Part shown: positions 59,906-64,000 of the stretch, piece after piece
Layout of the letters: the number at the start of each line of letters is the position of its first letter
How positions within the stretch are numbered: the stretch's first letter is position 1
Assembly: GCA_963703225.1 (NCBI GenBank)
Contig: OY969801.1
Coordinates: 1,195,096-1,259,095 of the forward strand
Source: Candidatus Eiseniibacteriota bacterium
Lineage (GTDB): Bacteria; Eisenbacteria; RBG-16-71-46; SZUA-252
Length of the DNA stretch: 64,000 nt
Direction of reading: 5' to 3'
Made by a program: the position numbers and the translations under genes
Notes under the pieces: model-generated
Database searches by the model: none
Seen by the model: only the letters and a program-made list of their open reading frames with translations
Told to the model about the DNA's origin: nothing

Positions 59906-62119
59906 ATGGGCATCAAGAAATCGTCGGGCACCGCAAGGCTGGAGGAGCAGGTCGTCCTCGCCTGGAAGCGCTTCGCCACCCGTCGGATCGGCTCGGCCGA
60001 CCGGGCCGCCGAGGGCACCTGCTATCTCGAATCGAGGCCTTGCCCGTTCGAGTCCCGTCCCGACTTCGAATCCCGCTTCACCAAGGACTGCGTCCACTGC
60101 GCCCGCATGCAGGGTGCCGTGGAGCGAATCGGGGCGGTGCCCGCGGGTACCTCGGGCGCTTTGCCGACCCTCGAGCTCCTGCTCCGGCTCCTCGAAGAGG
60201 AGGGGCATGGGGGCTCCGAGGTGGTGGCCGAGGAAGAGGACGGTCGTTATCGGGCGGCGGCGCTCCTCCTCCGTTCGCTCCCGCTGCTGCACGCTTCCAC
60301 CCACCCGCTTCGGACGGCCCACATCCTCCTCGCGGCCATCGCTGGCGCCTTCAACGAGGTGATCGACTCGGTCCTCTTCTTCGAGGTCATCCCAGAGTCC
60401 GGAGCGCTTGGTCTCGAGGCTTCCTTCCGCCGCTCCGACCTCGACGTCGGTGTGGCGCCCGAGGGATTCCTGGATGTCGAGGCGCTGGAGGCAGCGGGCG
60501 CGTTCGACGGCTCCGTCTTCGATCGGCTTCGTGCCGCCGCGATCCCGCTCGACCAGGATCGGGACTTGCTTGCGGACGCCGTCTACGACGGCCGGACCGC
60601 GGTGGTGCCCCTTCCCGGGCGCGAGCTCAGGCTTCCGACCATTCTCGTGGAGCACCTTCCGGATGCCCCTGCGGCGATCCTCCCGGTTTTCGGACGCGAG
60701 CGGGTCCGCGGGCTCCTCGTCCTCTCGGCGGCGCCGGGCATCGCCGGATGGACGTCGGATCAGATGGAGCTTCTGAGCGCCGTGGCCTCGCAGGCAGGGA
60801 TCGCGCTCGAAGCGTCCGGGCTTCTCGACCTCGCGCGTCGCCGGGGCTCCGGTATCCGCGCGCTGATCGAGTTCGCGGCCCAGGCTCTCAAGGCGGGCAC
60901 CCCCGAGCCGTGGCCCGAGGCGACGCTCCACGCGCTTCTGACCGCCGCGGAGGGGGACATCGGCGTGGCCTGGTGGCGCGGCGGGGACGAGGCATTCTCC
61001 GTCGTCGCGGCGCAGGGTGACCCCGGCGCCGGAGAACGCGACCTGAACGAGGTGGGAGAAGGGATCAGCCACTGGTTCGACGCCGACGCGCGGCCGATCA
61101 TCATCGAGGACATTCGCTCCGATCCGAGACTTCCCGGAACCCTCCCCGAGGAGTGGGGATCGGCGCTCGCGGTCCCGCTCCGATCGGATGGCGCGCTCCG
61201 CGGCGCGGTCCTGCTCGTGCGCCGCAGCGGTGGCGAGGTGGCCCCGGTCGAGCCCTTCGACGGCGAGGACGCGCAGGTGGCGGCGATGGCGGCCGCGATC
61301 GCGACCCTCGCGGCGCTCAAGGACGGTTCGGAGGAAGCATCCTCTCTCGCGGGGCGGCGCGTCCAGGAACTGGAGGCCCAGCTTCGGCACGCCGAGAAGC
61401 TCGCGGTGGTCGGCGAGCGAGGGATCCAGGTGGCGCAGGAGATCCGCAATCCGATCGCGGCGATCACCGGATTCGCCCGCCGAGTGCTTCGGAGCGTGGG
61501 TCCCGACGATCCGAATCGCGAATTCTTGGAAATCATTCTGCGCGAGACCGAACGCCTCGAGCGGATCCTGACCGAGCAGGTCTCGCTGGCGCAGATGACG
61601 CGCCCGAGGCTCAAGCTCCAGAGCCTGAACACGCTCGTCCAGGAAGTGCTCGAGACCCAATCCGAAGAGCTGGTCAAGAGACGGATCCGACTCCTCAAGC
61701 GACTCTCGCCGGACGTGCCGAGCCTCCTGATCGACAACGAGAAGATGCGCCAGGTGCTCGTGAACGTTCTCCAGTACGCGCTCCATCAGGTTCCGAGCGG
61801 CGGACGGGTTCGCGTGGAGACCCGCAGTGGCGCGGGGCACGTGCAGGCCGAGGTGGCACACGACGGTCCCAAGACACCCGGTGAGAGCCTCGACCGGCTC
61901 TTCGTTCCGTTCTCGGCGACCCGCCGCTACGGCGCGGGAGTGGGGCTCGCGGTCGCGTACCAGATCGTGCGGGAGCACGGCGGCGAGATCCGCGCGCGGA
62001 GCGAAGGGGATTGGAGCAGCATCGTCACGATCTACCTGCCGGTCCGCGAGAACCACGACCGGCGCGGCAAGCCCGACCGCAGGGGCGGCCGAAACGACCG
62101 GCGGCGCCGCCTGGCCTAG
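59906..62119 (+). CDS. GAF-domain sensor histidine kinase
   Basis: two GAF-like regions, HisKA H-box (QEIRNPIAAITGF), HATPase N/G boxes (LVNVLQYAL; GAGVGLAV). Confidence 0.8.
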   Translation: MGIKKSSGTARLEEQVVLAWKRFATRRIGSADRAAEGTCYLESRPCPFESRPDFESRFTKDCVHCARMQGAVERIGAVPAGTSGALPTLELLLRLLEEEGHGGSEVVAEEEDGRYRAAALLLRSLPLLHASTHPLRTAHILLAAIAGAFNEVIDSVLFFEVIPESGALGLEASFRRSDLDVGVAPEGFLDVEALEAAGAFDGSVFDRLRAAAIPLDQDRDLLADAVYDGRTAVVPLPGRELRLPTILVEHLPDAPAAILPVFGRERVRGLLVLSAAPGIAGWTSDQMELLSAVASQAGIALEASGLLDLARRRGSGIRALIEFAAQALKAGTPEPWPEATLHALLTAAEGDIGVAWWRGGDEAFSVVAAQGDPGAGERDLNEVGEGISHWFDADARPIIIEDIRSDPRLPGTLPEEWGSALAVPLRSDGALRGAVLLVRRSGGEVAPVEPFDGEDAQVAAMAAAIATLAALKDGSEEASSLAGRRVQELEAQLRHAEKLAVVGERGIQVAQEIRNPIAAITGFARRVLRSVGPDDPNREFLEIILRETERLERILTEQVSLAQMTRPRLKLQSLNTLVQEVLETQSEELVKRRIRLLKRLSPDVPSLLIDNEKMRQVLVNVLQYALHQVPSGGRVRVETRSGAGHVQAEVAHDGPKTPGESLDRLFVPFSATRRYGAGVGLAVAYQIVREHGGEIRARSEGDWSSIVTIYLPVRENHDRRGKPDRRGGRNDRRRRLA

Positions 62120-62163
62120 CGTTTGACCCCGAACGCACTGGCGTGATAGCCTTTCCGACCGGC

Positions 62164-62239
62164 GCGACCCTAGCTCAGTTGGTAGAGCACCACACTGAAA
62201 ATGTGGGTGTCCGCAGTTCGATTCTGCGGGGTCGCACCA
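62164..62239 (+). tRNA. tRNA-Phe (anticodon GAA)
   Basis: 76-nt cloverleaf: acceptor GCGACCC/GGGTCGC, anticodon stem CCACA/TGTGG with loop CTGAAAA, T-loop TTCGATT, 3' ACCA. Confidence 0.9.
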
Positions 62240-62289
62240 CTTTTATTCTCGGCTCTCCCCCCGCGACATCCGGGGTTCTTGCTTCGCGA

Positions 62290-62365
62290 GCTGGTGTAGC
62301 TCAGCTGGTAGAGCAACGCACTCGTAATGCGTAGGTCAGCGGTTCGATTCCGCTCACCAGCTCCA
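62290..62365 (+). tRNA. tRNA-Thr (anticodon CGU)
   Basis: 76-nt cloverleaf: acceptor GCTGGTG/CACCAGC, anticodon loop CTCGTAA, T-loop TTCGATT, 3' TCCA. Confidence 0.9.
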
Positions 62366-62403
62366 CTCATGGGACGGCCGGTCCCGCCGAACGGCCCAAC
62401 GAT

Positions 62404-63853
62404 ATGACGAACAAAGAACGCGCCGCGCCCCAGCCATCGAGGGACGCGGCCGCGGCCCCACCCAGCGATCCGTGGCGCGGCCTCATGGTCAGCGCCTCGG
62501 GCGTTCGCGGCATCGTCGGCGAAGCGCTGACGCCCGAGGTGATCCTCCGCTTCGCGGGCGCGCACGGCTCGCTCCTCGCCGCGGGCCCGGTCGTGATCGG
62601 GCGCGATTCGCGTCCGAGCGGCGCCTGGGTCACGCGCGCCGCCGAGGCGGCTCTCCTGGCGACCGGGCACGACGTCGTCGACGTCGGGATCGCTCCGACC
62701 CCGACCATTCTCTTCGCCATCGGCCATCATGGCGCGTGCGGCGGCCTCGCGGTGACCGCGAGCCACAATCCCGCCCCCTGGAACGCGCTCAAGCTCTTCG
62801 GTCCCGGCGGGACGTTTCTCCCTCCCGCGCTGTCGGAAGCGGTCGCGCGACGGGCGCTCGAAGGAACGGTGTCGTGGGTCCGCGCCGATCGGGTCGGCGC
62901 GCACAGGGACGACGGGGAGGCGATCCGGCGCCACCGGGAGGCGATCCTCGCCTTGGCGGGGCTTCATCCCACGCGGATCGCGTCGCGGGGCTTCCGCGTC
63001 GCGATCGACTGCGTGAACGGCGCCGGATCGCTGGCGACCCCCCCGCTTCTCCGGGCGCTCGGTTGTCACGTGGAGGAGCTCTACTGCACGCCCGACGGAA
63101 AATTTCCGCGAGTGCCGGAGCCGCTGCCCGAACATCTCGGGGCCCTGGGTGATCTCGTCCGCCGCACCGGTGCCGCGATCGGATTCGCCAACGATCCCGA
63201 CGCCGATCGATTGGCGATCGTCGATGAGCGGGGAGAGCCGATCGGGGAGGAGCGGACGCTGCAGATCGCGGTCGACTGGGCGCTCGCGCGCAAGCCGGGC
63301 CCGGTGATCGTCAACGCGTCGACCTCGATGGCGATCGAGACGATCGCGCGGCGCTACGGCGCGCCGGTGGAGCGAACACGGGTCGGCGAAGCCCACGTGG
63401 CGCAGGCGCTGCTCGAGCGGGGCGGCGTCATCGGAGGCGAGGGAAACGGCGGCGTGATCTATCCCGACGCTCCACGCGACGCGCGACGGGCTTTTGGCCG
63501 CGGCCATCGCCCTCGATTGGTTGTCGACGGACAAGCTCCCGCTCAGCGCGCGGATCGCCGCGCTCCCTCCGGTGGTGATGGTAAAGCGGAAACTCGATCT
63601 TCGCCTCGCGGACGCGGCGGCGCTCGCCCAGGCCCTCACCCGTGAGTTCCCGGACGCGGAGCGCAATCTGCTGGACGGAGAAAAGTACCTCTGGGAAGAT
63701 GGATGGGTTCAGGTCCGTCCCTCGGGGACGGAGCCGATCGTTCGGATCATCGCCGAAGCGACGACCCGGGATCGCGCAGAGACGCTCGCCGCGCGGGCCC
63801 AGGCGGCGACGGAGCGCTCTCAGTCGGCACAGACTGCGGTACGGGGGGCTTAA
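62404..63853 (+). CDS. glmM: phosphoglucosamine mutase / phosphohexomutase (GlmM-like); frameshifted near 63480
   Basis: active-site TASHNPAPWNALK, Mg-binding region GFANDPDADR, sugar-binding GEGNGG; C-terminal domain in different frame (ORF 63494..63853); followed by glmS. Confidence 0.8.
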
Positions 63854-63859
63854 CCAATC

Positions 63860-64000
63860 ATGTGCGGCATCGTCGGATACGTCGGCCAGCAGGACTCGGT
63901 GCCGATTCTGCTCGAAGGGCTCCGCCGCCTCGAGTATCGCGGCTACGACTCCGCGGGCGTCGCGATCCTGAACGGCGAGGGACTGAAGGTCGAGAAGACC
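63860..64000 (+). CDS. glmS: glutamine--fructose-6-phosphate aminotransferase, 5' end only
   Basis: [10 protein letters not shown]-terminal nucleophile Cys motif. Confidence 0.85.
   Translation, partial: MCGIVGYVGQQDSVPILLEGLRRLEYRGYDSAGVAILNGEGLKVEKT

Noticed and set aside
59792-62056. 754-aa minus-strand ORF
   Set aside because: Antisense to the GAF histidine kinase (H-box and G-boxes readable on the + strand). Rejected as a shadow ORF.
62170-63666. 498-aa minus-strand ORF overlapping tRNA region and glmM
   Set aside because: Would run through both tRNA genes and antisense to glmM active-site motifs. Not credible.

Overview
This is about 70% GC bacterial chromosomal DNA with almost all genes on the + strand. 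The long minus-strand ORFs in the track are mostly GC-skew artefacts antisense to real genes.

Gene content, in order:
(1) T9SS core pair, PorU-like C25 peptidase and PorV-like barrel, followed by a 1143-aa M6 (HEFGHxxGxxD) metalloprotease carrying a T9SS C-terminal sorting domain.
(2) A tightly coupled cluster of uncharacterised envelope proteins: two tandem paralogs, an NHL beta-propeller, an 1123-aa outer-membrane-like protein and an Omp85/TamA-family protein.
(3) ligA and a DinG-family helicase.
(4) A histidine-utilisation operon, hutH-hutU-hutI, followed by a bifunctional formiminotransferase-cyclodeaminase (ftcD).
(5) A TPR protein, a PHP phosphoesterase, a small membrane protein, a 690-aa outer membrane protein and comEA.
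(6) A complete Myxococcus-type type IVa pilus locus: pilB-pilT-pilC-pilS-pilR, three pilin genes (two nearly identical), an ABC transporter, pilD, minor pilins, a divergent GT-C-like membrane protein, then pilMNOPQ-aroK.
(7) rsmD, coaD, an fmdB-like zinc ribbon gene, NAD-IDH, obg, a HEAT protein, dprA, an lpxL-like acyltransferase, a DUF3467 gene, a GAF histidine kinase, tRNA-Phe(GAA), tRNA-Thr(CGU), glmM and the 5' end of glmS.

Three textbook sigma-54 promoters (TGGCAC-N5-TTGCN) sit upstream of pilB, pilin-1 and pilin-3, matching the PilS/PilR (sigma-54 activator) pair.

At least 35 apparent frameshifts interrupt otherwise well-conserved genes. They are strongly clustered at 26-37 kb (PHP, pilB, pilT, pilC, pilR) while 11 kb of coding sequence at 2.8-14 kb is intact. 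Essential genes such as ligA are hit, so assembly indel error is the most likely cause, but the clustering deserves checking.

No CRISPR array, IS element or rRNA was found.
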